Shown here piece by piece: positions 28,900 to 38,996 of a stretch of 64,000 nucleotides of DNA. The stretch is from assembly GCA_965242525.1 (NCBI GenBank), contig OZ251459.1:480001-544000 (forward strand), given 5' to 3'. The translations under genes were made by a program, and so were the position numbers. The stretch's first letter is position 1, and the number at the start of each line of letters is the position of its first letter. Source of the DNA: an uncultured Candidatus Binatia bacterium (GTDB taxonomy: Bacteria; Desulfobacterota; Binatia; UBA9968; JAJDTQ01). The notes beneath the pieces are model-generated. The model did not search any database. It was not told the DNA's origin and saw only the letters and a program-made list of their open reading frames with translations.

Positions 28900-30327
28900 A
28901 TGAAGCGGTTCTGGTGGATCTTCGTCCTGGTCCTGGTGGGAGCGGGCGGCGCGGGCGTCTTCTGGTACCGTCCCGCCCTCGTGGAGAGCAGGGTCGGCGC
29001 CCTGACCGGCGACATCTCCTCGCTGACGAGCCGGCTCCTCCCCGCGGAAGCGGAAACGGTCATGCCCTTCCAGCTTGCGGCGGTGGAGAAGGGGCGGATC
29101 TTCGCCCGCATCACCACCACCGGCACGGTGAACCCGGTGTCGTCCGTAACCGTCTCCACCCAGGTCTCCGGCACCATCGAGGACCTTCCGGTGGACGTGC
29201 CCATGCGCGTGAAGCAAGGCGACCTCATCGCGCGCCTGGACCAGGACCTGTTCCGCGCCGAAGTCCTGAAGGCGGAAGCGCGTGTGGCCAAGGCCGGGGC
29301 GGACCTGGCCCGGGAGCGCGCCGGCGTGCAGATGCTGAAGTCCCGCATCGCCGCCAGCATCGAGGGGTCCCGGGCCCAGTTCCGCAAGCTGGAAGAGCGG
29401 TACCGGCGCAACAAGGACCTAGTGTACCGCAACCTCATCTCCCACGACGAGTACGAGTCCGTCAAGGCGGACTTCGAGCTGGCCTCGGCCCGTTTCCGGG
29501 AGGAGTCCGCCCGGGTGGACGAGGTCAAGGTCAAGGAGGCGGTCATCTCCGGCCTCCGGGCCCAGCTCCGGCAGGCGGAGGCCGAGCTGGAGATCGCCCG
29601 GGTGCGGCTGAACCGCAGCGTCATACGGGCGCCGGTCTCGGGCATCGTCATCCACAAGACCGTGGAGGCCGGACAGACGGTGGCCGCGAGCCTGTCGTCG
29701 CCGCCGCTGGTGAAGATCGCGGAGCTCACCCACATGAAGGTGGACGCCTGGGTGGACGAAGCGGACATCGGCAAGGTGGAGGTGGGGCAGGACGTGGAGT
29801 TCCAGGTGGACTCGTACCCGGGCCGCGTCTTCGAGGGCAAGGTGGTGCGCATCTTCCCGTCCCCCGAGATCAAGGACAACGTGGTGACCTACGACACCGA
29901 GATCCGGGTGGCCAACGACGACTTGGCCCTCAAGCCCGGCATGACCGCCAACGTCACCGTGGTCCTGGCCCGGAAGGACGGCGTGCTGGTGGCGCCCAAC
30001 GCCGCCCTGCGGGTGCAGGGCCGGGCCATCCGCCAACTCTACCCGGACCTGGGCGGCGGCCCGGGCCGCCGCGGCCGCCGGCCGAGCCCCGAGCAGCGCC
30101 GCCGCCGGCGGGCGGAAGGACGGGGCGCGGTGTGGGTTTACCGGGACGGCCGGCCCCGGCGGCAACGCATCCGTTTCGGCGCCACCGACGCCCGGAACAT
30201 GGAGGTGGTGTCGGGTCTCCGGCAGGGGGACCAGGTCATCGTGGGGATCCGGGCGGAGGCCATGCAGGAAGCCGCGGCCGCGCCGCGGCGGTCCTGGGTG
30301 CGTTCGCGGATACTGGGAGGCCTCTAG
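28900..30327 (+). CDS. macA: Efflux membrane fusion protein, MacA-like
   Basis: N-terminal TM, TGTVNP..VSTQVSG, IRAPVSG, VDEADIG, LKPGMTA. Confidence 0.85.
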   Translation: MKRFWWIFVLVLVGAGGAGVFWYRPALVESRVGALTGDISSLTSRLLPAEAETVMPFQLAAVEKGRIFARITTTGTVNPVSSVTVSTQVSGTIEDLPVDVPMRVKQGDLIARLDQDLFRAEVLKAEARVAKAGADLARERAGVQMLKSRIAASIEGSRAQFRKLEERYRRNKDLVYRNLISHDEYESVKADFELASARFREESARVDEVKVKEAVISGLRAQLRQAEAELEIARVRLNRSVIRAPVSGIVIHKTVEAGQTVAASLSSPPLVKIAELTHMKVDAWVDEADIGKVEVGQDVEFQVDSYPGRVFEGKVVRIFPSPEIKDNVVTYDTEIRVANDDLALKPGMTANVTVVLARKDGVLVAPNAALRVQGRAIRQLYPDLGGGPGRRGRRPSPEQRRRRRAEGRGAVWVYRDGRPRRQRIRFGATDARNMEVVSGLRQGDQVIVGIRAEAMQEAAAAPRRSWVRSRILGGL

Positions 30328-30333
30328 CCGCGG

Positions 30334-32310
30334 ATGGAGCAGCAACCCGTCATCGAAGTGGAGGACCTCACCCGGGTCTATGACCTGGGCGAGCAACAGG
30401 TGGCCGCCCTCAAGGGCGTCTCCCTGAAGGTCTTCCCGGGCGAGGTGGTGGCCCTCATGGGGCCGTCCGGCTCCGGCAAATCGACCCTCATGAACGTCCT
30501 GGGTTGCCTGGATCGCCCCACCTCGGGCCATTACCGGCTCCGGGGGAAGGAGGTCGCGGCCCTGTCCTCCGACGAGATGGCGGCGCTGCGCAACCGGGAG
30601 ATCGGTTTCGTCTTCCAGAACTACAACCTCCTGGCCCGGACCACGGCCATGGAGAACGCCGAGCTGCCGGCCCTCTACAACGACACTCCGTCCACGCAAG
30701 CCAGCCGCAAGGCCCGGGAGGCCCTGCGGCTGGTGGGGCTCGGGGACCGGGAAGGGCACCGGCCCACGCAGTTGTCCGGCGGCCAGCAGCAGCGGGTGGC
30801 CATCGCCCGGGCCCTGCTCAACGACCCCCGCATCATCCTGGCGGACGAGCCCACCGGGAACCTCGATACCCGCACCGGCGCGGAGATCATCGAGCTCTTC
30901 AAAACCCTCAACCGGGAGCGGGGCATCACCATCGTCTTCGTCACCCACGACCCCGAGGTGGCGTCCCACGGGCAGCGCGTCATCCACTTCAAGGACGGGG
31001 CGGTGGAAAGGGAGGAGGCGGGGAGCGAGGGGCTCCCGGCGGAGTCGGCCCCGGCGCCGGAAGCCCGCGCCCCGGGCCGGGGGGGCCGGGGCGCGGGCCT
31101 CCGGGCCAACGTCCGTATCGCGTTGCGCGCCGTCCGGGTCAACAAGCTCCGGTCGGCCTTGACCATGCTGGGGGTCGTCATCGGCGTGGGCGCGGTCATC
31201 GCCATGGTGGCCATCGGCGAAGGGGCCAAGGCCCGGGTGGCCAAGCAGATGGAGCGCCTGGGGAGCAACCGGGTGTCGGTCTTTGCCGGGGCGGTGACCC
31301 GCGGCGGTCGGCGTCTGGGCGGGGCGAGGATCACGACCCTCACCGAGGCGGACGCCCGGGCCATACTGGAGGAGGTCCCGGACGTCACCGCGGTGGCGCC
31401 CGGGGTGCGGGGGTCGGCGCAGGTGGTGTACGGCAACAGGAACTGGCATTCGGCGCTCACAGGGACCACGCCGGACTACCTCGGCATCATGAACTGGGGC
31501 GTGGAGTCGGGCGACAACTTCACCGAGGACGACGTGCTCCTGAACCGGAAGGTGGCGCTGGTCGGCAAGACCGTGGCCAGGGAGCTCTTCGACGGCGCGT
31601 ACCCGGTGGGCCAGACCATCCGCATCAAGCACATACCGTTCGAGGTGGTGGGCGTGCTCAGGGAGCGGGGCACCTCCTCGTTCGCCGGGGACCTCGACGA
31701 CGTGGTGGTGGTGCCGTTGCGCACGGCCCAGAGAAAACTGTTGGGCATCCGTTACCTGCGCAACATCGAGATGAGCGCCCGGAGCAAGGAGGCCACCCGG
31801 AAGGTGCAGGACGACGTCACCGCGCTGCTGCGGGTGCGCCACAAGATCACCGGCGCCAAGCTGGACGACTTCCGCATCCGCAACCGCACCGAGATCGTCG
31901 AGGCGGCCAACGAAGCCGCGAGCACCCTGGGCTACCTGCTGGCGGGCATCGCCGGGGTGGCGCTCATCGTGGGCGGCATCGGCATCATGAACATCATGCT
32001 GGTGTCCGTGACCGAACGCACCCGGGAGATCGGCGTGCGCCTGGCGGTGGGCGCGAGGAAGCGGGACATCCGCCGCCAGTTCCTCACCGAGGCCCTGGTG
32101 CTGAGCCTGCTGGGCGGGGTCGCGGGAATCCTGGCCGGCTCGCTGGCCTCCCTGGGACTCTCCTGGTTCGGCGGCTGGCAGATCGTCGTCTCCACCGGCT
32201 CCGTCCTGCTGGCCTTCCTCTTTGCCGCGGCCATCGGCGTCTTCTTCGGCTTCCAGCCGGCCAACCGGGCCGCGCGCCTCAACCCCATCGAAGCGCTGCG
32301 CTACGAGTAG
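30334..32310 (+). CDS. macB: MacB-family ABC transporter (ATPase + FtsX-like permease)
   Basis: GPSGSGKS, LSGGQQQRVAIARAL, ADEPTG, NIMLVSVTERTREIG, LNPIEALRYE. Confidence 0.92.
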   Translation: MEQQPVIEVEDLTRVYDLGEQQVAALKGVSLKVFPGEVVALMGPSGSGKSTLMNVLGCLDRPTSGHYRLRGKEVAALSSDEMAALRNREIGFVFQNYNLLARTTAMENAELPALYNDTPSTQASRKAREALRLVGLGDREGHRPTQLSGGQQQRVAIARALLNDPRIILADEPTGNLDTRTGAEIIELFKTLNRERGITIVFVTHDPEVASHGQRVIHFKDGAVEREEAGSEGLPAESAPAPEARAPGRGGRGAGLRANVRIALRAVRVNKLRSALTMLGVVIGVGAVIAMVAIGEGAKARVAKQMERLGSNRVSVFAGAVTRGGRRLGGARITTLTEADARAILEEVPDVTAVAPGVRGSAQVVYGNRNWHSALTGTTPDYLGIMNWGVESGDNFTEDDVLLNRKVALVGKTVARELFDGAYPVGQTIRIKHIPFEVVGVLRERGTSSFAGDLDDVVVVPLRTAQRKLLGIRYLRNIEMSARSKEATRKVQDDVTALLRVRHKITGAKLDDFRIRNRTEIVEAANEAASTLGYLLAGIAGVALIVGGIGIMNIMLVSVTERTREIGVRLAVGARKRDIRRQFLTEALVLSLLGGVAGILAGSLASLGLSWFGGWQIVVSTGSVLLAFLFAAAIGVFFGFQPANRAARLNPIEALRYE

Positions 32311-32356
32311 GCCGCAGGTCCGGGGAGCCGGCCCCGGCGCCACTGGGATCCGTATG

Positions 32357-32487
32357 GGAACCTCTGAACAATCGGGAGAGAGCGTCCTTCGACTTCGCTT
32401 CGCTACGCTCAGGACGAACGGGGATAGGGGCGTCAGGGTGAGGGAATCGGGAATCCATCCCGGGTGTCTCGATTGTTCAGAGGTTCC
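32357..32487 (-). mobile_element. Intact MITE, family A (131 bp)
   Basis: TIR GGAACCTCTGAACAATCG..CGATTGTTCAGAGGTTCC flanked by direct repeat TATG. Confidence 0.85.
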
Positions 32488-32563
32488 TATGGAAAGAAAG
32501 ACGAGACGCCGGCCCGCCGCGGGCGGCCTCACCGGGGAGCCGAGGCCCCACTGGGGACGCCGG

Positions 32564-32593
32564 TTGACAGCCTGCCGGGACCTCGCATAGATT
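32564..32593 (+). promoter_or_regulatory. Putative sigma70 promoter
   Basis: TTGACA-N18-TAGATT upstream of the VOC/DoxX/apaH genes. Confidence 0.5.
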
Positions 32594-32727
32594 GGCTTTT
32601 CCGGCTTTCGTGTGGCAGGAGGGGCAAGATATTACGGCTTGTCGTCCCCTCCCCTCAAGGCGGGAGGGAATCGGAGGCCTTCGCGTGGGAGGGGAGTGTC
32701 ACAACCCACACGAATTCCTGAAGCGCC
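32594..32727. mobile_element. Second MITE-like element (family B)
   Basis: 22-bp imperfect inverted ends (17/22 match): GGCTTTTCCGGCTTTCGTGTGG..CCACACGAATTCCTGAAGCGCC. The right end recurs at 39111-39147 and 41484-41520. Confidence 0.6.
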
Positions 32728-32829
32728 AAGGAAATCATCTCCGTTCGTCCTGAGCGTAGCGAAGCGGAGTCGAAGGACGCGCTTTCCCGCAGCGAGAGGG
32801 ATTCGAGCCGGGATCGACCGGACGTTCCC
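32728..32829 (+). repeat. Repeat family A copy directly upstream of the VOC gene RBS
   Basis: Core at 32741-32783. Confidence 0.85.
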
Positions 32830-32845
32830 GGAAGGAGGTTTGCCC

Positions 32846-33244
32846 ATGGACGCCGCCAAACACGGCGCTTTCGGTTGGTGCGAGCTCATGACCACGGACG
32901 TGGAAGCCGCCAAGCGGTTCTACTCCGAGCTCTTCGGTTGGACCACCCAAACCGTGACCCACGATTGCGTCGAGGGCATGGGGAAGGTGGAATACAACCT
33001 GATCAAGATGGGCGAGACCGAGGTCGGCGGGATGATGGCGTGGCCGCCGGAAGCCCGGGGGAACCCGCCGTACTGGGGCGTGTACGTGACCGTGGACGAT
33101 GTGGACGCGGCCGCGGACAAGGCCCGGGAGCTGGGCGGGAGCATGGTGGTTCCGCTGACGGACATCCCGGGGGTCGGGCGTTTCTGCGTCATCCGGGACC
33201 CACAGGGCGCGGTGATCTCCATGATCACCGAGAAGCACGAATAG
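32846..33244 (+). CDS. VOC/glyoxalase family protein
   Basis: WCELMTTDVEAAKRFY, YVTVDDVDA, GRFCVIRDPQGA; AAGGAGG RBS. Confidence 0.9.
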   Translation: MDAAKHGAFGWCELMTTDVEAAKRFYSELFGWTTQTVTHDCVEGMGKVEYNLIKMGETEVGGMMAWPPEARGNPPYWGVYVTVDDVDAAADKARELGGSMVVPLTDIPGVGRFCVIRDPQGAVISMITEKHE

Positions 33245-33343
33245 GCGGTCGCTCCGGCGCGTTCGCGCCGACCTCCCGGTGGCCGCAGGGAAGGCCGGAC
33301 CGGGAGCCGGGCGCGGGCTTCCGGAGCGGAGGAGGGACGGGTC

Positions 33344-33727
33344 ATGGGACGTTTGCTCGAAGGTATTTCCAACTACGCCTACGCGGCCATGCGGATCGTG
33401 GCCGGGGCGGCTTTCGCCCAGCACGGCGCCCAGAAGCTGTTCGGCGTCTTCGGCGGCGACGCGCCGGTGGAGTGGCTCTCGCTCATGGGCCTTGCGGGCG
33501 CCATCGAGCTTTGCGGCGGCGTGCTGGTGGCCGCGGGGCTTCTCACGAGGTACGCCGCCTTCGTCAGCAGCGGTCTCATGGCCGCAGCCTATTTCATGGC
33601 CCACGCGCGCCGGGGGTTCTGGCCCATCGAGAACGAGGGCGAGCTCGCGATGCTCTTCTGCTTCCTGTTCCTCTACATCGCGACCCGGGGCAGCGGCCCG
33701 TTGGGCCTCGACCGATCCCGCGGTTAG
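33344..33727 (+). CDS. DoxX family membrane protein
   Basis: RIVAG..HGAQKLFG, IELCGG, NEGELA, GSGPLGLD. Confidence 0.9.
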   Translation: MGRLLEGISNYAYAAMRIVAGAAFAQHGAQKLFGVFGGDAPVEWLSLMGLAGAIELCGGVLVAAGLLTRYAAFVSSGLMAAAYFMAHARRGFWPIENEGELAMLFCFLFLYIATRGSGPLGLDRSRG

Positions 33728-33886
33728 CCCGCGGCCGCCGAGGGCGCAAGGCCCCGGGCCCGGCGTTCGCCCAGGATCTACCTGGACCTGTCCGGGACCC
33801 GTCTGGCGGCCGCCGAGGGCGCAAGGCCGCGGCCGCGCCGCCCGGAACGCGCCGGCGCCGGGCAACGCCTCGGCCGAAACCCATCC

Positions 33887-34687
33887 ATGGCAACCTACGC
33901 CATCGGTGACCTGCAAGGTTGTTACGACCCGCTCCGGCGCTTGCTGGACCGGGTGGGGTTCGATCCGGGGGCCGACGGGCTGTGGCTCACCGGCGACCTG
34001 GTGAACCGCGGCCCCCGCTCCCTGGAGGCGCTGCGCTTCGTCAAGGGGCTCGGGGCTTCCGCGGTGACGGTGCTGGGGAACCACGACCTGCACCTCCTGC
34101 GCCGGGCGGAGGGTCTCGCGCCCGGGAAACGGCTGGACACGCTGGGCCCGGTGTTGTCGGCCCCCGACCGCGACGAGTTGACGGGCTGGCTGCGCCGCCG
34201 GCCGCTCCTGCACCGGGACCGGGGGTACGTGCTGGTCCACGCCGGCCTGCTGCCCCAATGGAGCGCGGACAAGGCCGCGGCCCTGGCCCGGGAGGCCGAA
34301 TCCCGCCTGCGCGCGCCGGACTACCGGGACTTCCTGCGGGACACCCTCGCCCACGAAGCCGTCCCCTGGTCCGAGGACCTGGACGGACCGGCGCGCGGGA
34401 GTTGCGCGGTCGGCGTGCTCACGCGGCTGCGCTGCTGCACCGCCCGGGGCGAGGCGGAGGCGTCGTTCTCCGGCCCGCCTAGGGACGCCCCCGAAGGGTT
34501 CCGCCCCTGGTTCGACCTGCGCCGGGAGCCCCAAGCGGAGACCATCCTGTTCGGCCACTGGTCGGCCCTGGGCCTGCATTTCGCCGACCGCGCGGTCTGC
34601 CTCGACAGCGGCTGCGTGTGGGGCGGTTCGCTGACGGCGCTGCGGTTGGATGACGGCCAAGTCTTTCAGGTCCCTCGCGACGAGTGA
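33887..34687 (+). CDS. apaH: Symmetrical bis(5'-nucleosyl)-tetraphosphatase
   Basis: MATYAIGDLQGC, GDLVNRGP, LGNHDLHLL, VHAG, FGHWSALG, LDSGCVWG. Confidence 0.95.
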   Translation: MATYAIGDLQGCYDPLRRLLDRVGFDPGADGLWLTGDLVNRGPRSLEALRFVKGLGASAVTVLGNHDLHLLRRAEGLAPGKRLDTLGPVLSAPDRDELTGWLRRRPLLHRDRGYVLVHAGLLPQWSADKAAALAREAESRLRAPDYRDFLRDTLAHEAVPWSEDLDGPARGSCAVGVLTRLRCCTARGEAEASFSGPPRDAPEGFRPWFDLRREPQAETILFGHWSALGLHFADRAVCLDSGCVWGGSLTALRLDDGQVFQVPRDE

Positions 34688-35769
34688 GGGGCGGCGCGCC
34701 GTTTGCGGTCCTGTTGCGCCAGCGCCCATGCCGCGTGCTCCCGCACCAGCGGCGACGGGTCTCTGCTGCGCTGCCGCAAGGCCTCGACCACGAGGGGGTC
34801 GTAGGGCGCGTTGCCCAGCGCCACCGCCACGTTCCGCAGCCAGCACTCGTAGCCGATGCGGCGGACGGCGCTGCCCCGGGTGCAGCGGAGGAAGTCCGCC
34901 TCGCTCCAGCGAAAGAGCGCGAGCAGCTCCGGCGCGTCGAGCCCGTGCCGGGGCAGGAAGTCGGCTTCCCGCGTGGACTTGGCGTAACGGTTCCAGGGAC
35001 AGACCAGTTGGCAGTCGTCGCACCCGTAGATGCGGTTGCCCATGAGCGGCCGGAGCTCCACCGGGATGGAGCCGCGGAGCTCGATGGTGAGGTAGGAGAC
35101 GCAGCGGCGGGCGTCCAGGCGGTACGGTCCGGTGATGGCCCCGGTGGGGCAGACGTCCATGCAGGCGCGGCACGAGCCGCACCGGTCCTCCGCGGCCCGG
35201 TCCGCGGGCAGCGCCAGGTCGGTGTAGATCTCGCCCAGGAAGAACCACGAGCCCGCCTCGGTGTGGATCAGGTTGGTGTGCTTGCCGATCCAGCCCAGGC
35301 CGGCGTTGCGCGCCAGCGGCTTCTCCAGCACCGGCGCGCTGTCCGCGAACACCCGGTAGCCGAACGGCCCCGCGGCCGACTCGACGCGGTCCGCCAGGGC
35401 TTGCAGTCGCTTGCGCACCAGCCGGTGGTAGTCCCGCCCCAGGGCATAGCGGGAGACGTAGCCCAGCCGGGGGTCGCCCAGCACCCGCCAGGGGTCCGCG
35501 GCCGCTTCCGGGAGGTAGTCCATGCGGGCGGAGATGACCCGGACGGTTCCCGGAACCAGCTCCGCGGGCCGCGAGCGCCGGGTCCCGTGCCGCGCCATGT
35601 ACGCCATCTCTCCGTGCCGTCCGTGGGCGAGCCAGCGGTCCAGCAGCGCCTCGTCCGCTCCCAGGCCCACGCCGGCGATGCCTACCTGCCGGAAGCCGAG
35701 CTCGCGCCCCCACGCCTTGATGCGCTCGGCCAGACGGCCGAGCCCCGCCTCGGTCATCGCGGAGGACAT
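34666..35769 (-). CDS. queG: Epoxyqueuosine reductase
   Basis: RYALGRDYH, DSAPVLEK, CGSCRACMDVCPT, CVSYLTIE, GCDDCQLVCPWN. Confidence 0.95.
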   Translation of the reverse strand: MSSAMTEAGLGRLAERIKAWGRELGFRQVGIAGVGLGADEALLDRWLAHGRHGEMAYMARHGTRRSRPAELVPGTVRVISARMDYLPEAAADPWRVLGDPRLGYVSRYALGRDYHRLVRKRLQALADRVESAAGPFGYRVFADSAPVLEKPLARNAGLGWIGKHTNLIHTEAGSWFFLGEIYTDLALPADRAAEDRCGSCRACMDVCPTGAITGPYRLDARRCVSYLTIELRGSIPVELRPLMGNRIYGCDDCQLVCPWNRYAKSTREADFLPRHGLDAPELLALFRWSEADFLRCTRGSAVRRIGYECWLRNVAVALGNAPYDPLVVEALRQRSRDPSPLVREHAAWALAQQDRKRRAAPHSSRGT

Positions 35770-35772
35770 GGC

Positions 35773-36861
35773 CTACGAGGCCGGCGAGTAACCCCGGGCG
35801 AACCAGGGTTCCAGGTCCGCGGAGAACCACTCGCCCGGGACCTCCCGGCCCGCGCCCTTGCTCCGGGCCTTGTCCAGCACCGCCTTGCCCATGGCGGCGA
35901 ACTGGATCGCCATGCCGGAGTTGTTCTTGTAATAGACGATGTCCGAGTCGCGCCGGCGCCCGGGGACGGCCCGGTTCACCACCTGGCCGAGCTCCGCCAC
36001 CCGGTCCCAGGAGGTCTCGCCGGCCTCGATGGGGTCCAGCAACTCCTTCTGGCGGTTGGCGTGGACGCTTTCCCGGTCGTTGACCACGATCAGGTCGCTG
36101 CGCCGGAAGGTCTCCCGGTCCACCTCGTGGCGCTCGAACACCACGTCGCTGTTGACGATGGACACGACGGTCTGGCCCGGCTCCAGGTCCCTGCCGTCGA
36201 ACACCGGCCCCGACGAGTTGGTGGCGCAACAGACCACGTCCGCTCCCCGGACCACCTGGTGCGGCTCGTCGGCGCCCACCACCGGGATTCCCAACTCGGT
36301 TGCGAACCTCCGGCAGAAGTCTTCCCGGTGGGCCCGGGACGGGCTATGGACCGTCAGGCGTTCCAGGGGGAGGGCTTCGGCCAGCGCCCGGGCGTGCAGT
36401 TCGGCCTGGTGGCCGGTGCCGAAGAGGCCGGCCGTCCGGGAGTCCGCCCGCGCCAGCAGACGGACCGCGGCGCCGCTGGTGGCCCCCACCCGCAAGGGCG
36501 AGATGGTTCCGTCCACGATGATCCCCAGGAGTTCCGCGGTCTCCAGGCTGTAGATCAGGAAATGGCCCCAGTAGCGCCGGGTGGGGTGCCGGAACTCCAC
36601 GCGCCGGGTCGCGTGGTCCTTCTCCCGGGCCAGCCGGGAGTTCAGGCGCAGCGCGGCCACGCCGTACTTGGGCAGGGCGCCGGCGTGGACGTTGGCGAAG
36701 TACCGGGCCTCCGGGTCGGGCGTCGGGCACGAGTAGCGCAGCCGCGGCCGGTTGACCCCGTTGCCCCGGCCGATCTCCCGGAACACGTCCTCCATGAGGT
36801 CGATGCACTCGCGCATGGCGAGCAGGTCCCTGCCCTCATCCTCGTTGACGATCATCACCAT
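35773..36861 (-). CDS. Ornithine cyclodeaminase/mu-crystallin family protein
   Basis: LRVGATSG, GLFGTGHQA, VCCATNS, NNSGMAIQ. Confidence 0.88.
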   Translation of the reverse strand: MVMIVNEDEGRDLLAMRECIDLMEDVFREIGRGNGVNRPRLRYSCPTPDPEARYFANVHAGALPKYGVAALRLNSRLAREKDHATRRVEFRHPTRRYWGHFLIYSLETAELLGIIVDGTISPLRVGATSGAAVRLLARADSRTAGLFGTGHQAELHARALAEALPLERLTVHSPSRAHREDFCRRFATELGIPVVGADEPHQVVRGADVVCCATNSSGPVFDGRDLEPGQTVVSIVNSDVVFERHEVDRETFRRSDLIVVNDRESVHANRQKELLDPIEAGETSWDRVAELGQVVNRAVPGRRRDSDIVYYKNNSGMAIQFAAMGKAVLDKARSKGAGREVPGEWFSADLEPWFARGYSPAS

Positions 36862-36906
36862 GGAACCCGCTCCTTTCCCCGATGCGGCGCTTGGCGGGGA
36901 ACTTGC

Positions 36907-37262
36907 GGAACCCCTGGACCATCGGACATCCGGGATGGATTCCCTCCCCCCGATCCGCTATCCCCGTTCGTCCCGAGCGTAGCGAAGCGAAGTCGAAGGA
37001 AGCGTAGCGGAGCGGAGACCTCCGTTCATCCTGAGCGTAGCGAAGCGGAGTCGAAGGACGCGCTCACGCCTCCTGTCCCGATTGTCCGGAGGGAACTTAC
37101 TACGAAACCCTCGGACAGGTACAGTAGGAAACCCTGAACGATTTGTCCCCGTTCGTCCTGAGCGTAGCGGAGCGAAGTCGAAGGAAGCGTAGTGGAGCGG
37201 AGTCGAAGGAAGCGCTTTCCCACGGGGAGGCGGGGTTCGAGCCGGAATCGTCCGGGGTTTCC
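36907..37262 (+). repeat. Two adjacent family-A elements (36907-37096 and 37127-37262)
   Basis: Cores near 36964, 37022 and 37149. The second element is bounded by GGAAACCCTGAACGATT..AATCGTCCGGGGTTTCC. Confidence 0.85.
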
Positions 37263-37334
37263 GGCAGGAGGACGGCAGCGGCGAGGGGGCGCCCCGGCCC
37301 CGGCCTGCGGCGCGCCCCCGGCCAGGAGGGGTCC

Positions 37335-38951
37335 ATGTCCGACGAGCGCAGGGCGTTGCGGGAGGCGGTGTCGCGGTTCATGCCGCCCAGGACCGCGGCC
37401 GACTTCTGCGACGACAACGCGCGCCGCGCGGGCGCGAAGGAGGCGCTGGTGGACTCCCGCCGCCGCCTCACCTGGGAGCGGACCGCGGAGTTCTCCGACG
37501 CCCTCGCCCTGGGGCTGCTGGACCTGGGGCTGGAACGCGACTCCCGCGTGCTCATCCAGATGCCCAACTCCGCGGAGCTCTTCCTCGCCCGGCTGGCGTG
37601 CGAGAAGGCGGGGCTGAAGCTGGTCACCGCGGCCCCGAGCCTGCGGCGGGCGGAGCTCGGCCCCATCGTCCGCTTCACCCGCCCCGAGGCCGCCATCGTC
37701 CCCGCCGCGTACCGTGGGTTCGACCACCTGGAGCTGCTGGAGCAGGTCCGCGTGCCCGAGCTGCGCCACGTGCTGGCGGCGTGGGACGAGGTCCCCCGGG
37801 GCTGCCTTTCGCTGGAGCGGGTCCTGTCCGCCGCGGTTTCGGACCACGGCCGGCGGCGCCTGTCCGCCACCCGGTACGGCGTCGAGGACGTGTGCCAACT
37901 GGCCACCACCAGCGGCTCCACCGGCCGGCCCAAGTGCGCCGCGGTGCCCCTCTACACCCGGCTGCTCACCGCCTGGAGCCACCTCCGGCGGTTCCGCGTG
38001 GACGGGGGCGACACCCTGTGCGCGGTCACCGCCATCATCTCCGGCGTCGCCGACGGGTTGATCTACAACGGCGTTTGCCAGGCGGGGGCGCGGGTGGTGC
38101 TCATGGACCGCTTCGACCCGCGCCGGACCTGCGAGACCGTGGCGCGGGAGCGGGTGGACGTGCTCCCGTTGGTCCCCACCATGATCTCCCGGCTGCTGGC
38201 CCTGGACGACCTCGACGGCCGCGACCTGGGTTCCCTGCGCATGGTGGTGAGCCACGGGTCGCTGCTGCCCCACGAGCTGGGGGTCGAGGCCGAGGCGCGG
38301 CTGGGTTGCCGGATCATGCAGGGCTACGGCAGCGTGGACTGCGGCGGCCTGTGCGCCACCTCCTGGGACGACCCCCCCGACGTCCGCATCCGGTCCGTGG
38401 GCCGGCCCCTGGAGGGCAACGAGTTGCGCGTGCTGGACGAGAGCGGCAACCAGGCGCGTCCGGGAGAGCCGGGCCGCCTGTGGGTCCGGGGCCTGCCCTC
38501 GGACGCGCGGTTCTTCGACGCCCCGGAGCTCGACGCCCGGCGGCGGCCCGACGGCTTCCTGGACCTGCAGGAGTGGGGCCGCATGGACCGCGGGGGCAAC
38601 GTCTATCTCATGGGCCGGGACCAGGACCTCATCATCCGCGGCGGACGGAACGTCTTTCCCGCGGACCTGGAGAACCTGCTGCTGCGCTGCCCCGGGGTGA
38701 AGGACGCGGCAGTGGTGGGCTACGCCCACGCGGACCTGGGCGAGGGCATCGCCGCCTGCGTGGTGCCGCAGCAAGGCGCGCGGCCGACCCTGGAGCAGGT
38801 GAGGGAGTTCCTCCGGCAACAGGGGCTGGCCCCGTTCAAGCGCCCCGACCGGCTGGAGTCGATGGACGGGTTCCCCAGGGTCGCGTCGGGAGACAAGGTG
38901 GACAAGCGGGCGCTGCGGGAGCGGGTGGAGGCGCCGAAGGCCGGGGACTGA
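37335..38951 (+). CDS. AMP-binding enzyme (acyl/aryl-CoA ligase family)
   Basis: TTSGSTGRPK, QGYGS, GRDQDLIIRGGRNV, FKRPDRL, KVDK. Confidence 0.85.
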   Translation: MSDERRALREAVSRFMPPRTAADFCDDNARRAGAKEALVDSRRRLTWERTAEFSDALALGLLDLGLERDSRVLIQMPNSAELFLARLACEKAGLKLVTAAPSLRRAELGPIVRFTRPEAAIVPAAYRGFDHLELLEQVRVPELRHVLAAWDEVPRGCLSLERVLSAAVSDHGRRRLSATRYGVEDVCQLATTSGSTGRPKCAAVPLYTRLLTAWSHLRRFRVDGGDTLCAVTAIISGVADGLIYNGVCQAGARVVLMDRFDPRRTCETVARERVDVLPLVPTMISRLLALDDLDGRDLGSLRMVVSHGSLLPHELGVEAEARLGCRIMQGYGSVDCGGLCATSWDDPPDVRIRSVGRPLEGNELRVLDESGNQARPGEPGRLWVRGLPSDARFFDAPELDARRRPDGFLDLQEWGRMDRGGNVYLMGRDQDLIIRGGRNVFPADLENLLLRCPGVKDAAVVGYAHADLGEGIAACVVPQQGARPTLEQVREFLRQQGLAPFKRPDRLESMDGFPRVASGDKVDKRALRERVEAPKAGD

Positions 38952-38996
38952 AGGGCCGCGGTTCGAGAGGCGGGAACCGCGGCGGAAACCGCACCA

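Noticed and set aside
33731-33828. 23-bp direct repeat GCGGCCGCCGAGGGCGCAAGGCC x2, 75 nt apart, reminiscent of tandem glycine-riboswitch aptamers or a mini-CRISPR
   Set aside because: Lacks the GGAGA and CTCAGG conserved elements; only two copies; upstream of apaH. An Rfam scan would settle it.
37143-37334. N-terminal extensions such as SPFVLSVAKRSRR or ASFDFASLRSGRT on several ORFs
   Set aside because: These are translations of the family-A repeat; the real starts lie downstream with an RBS.
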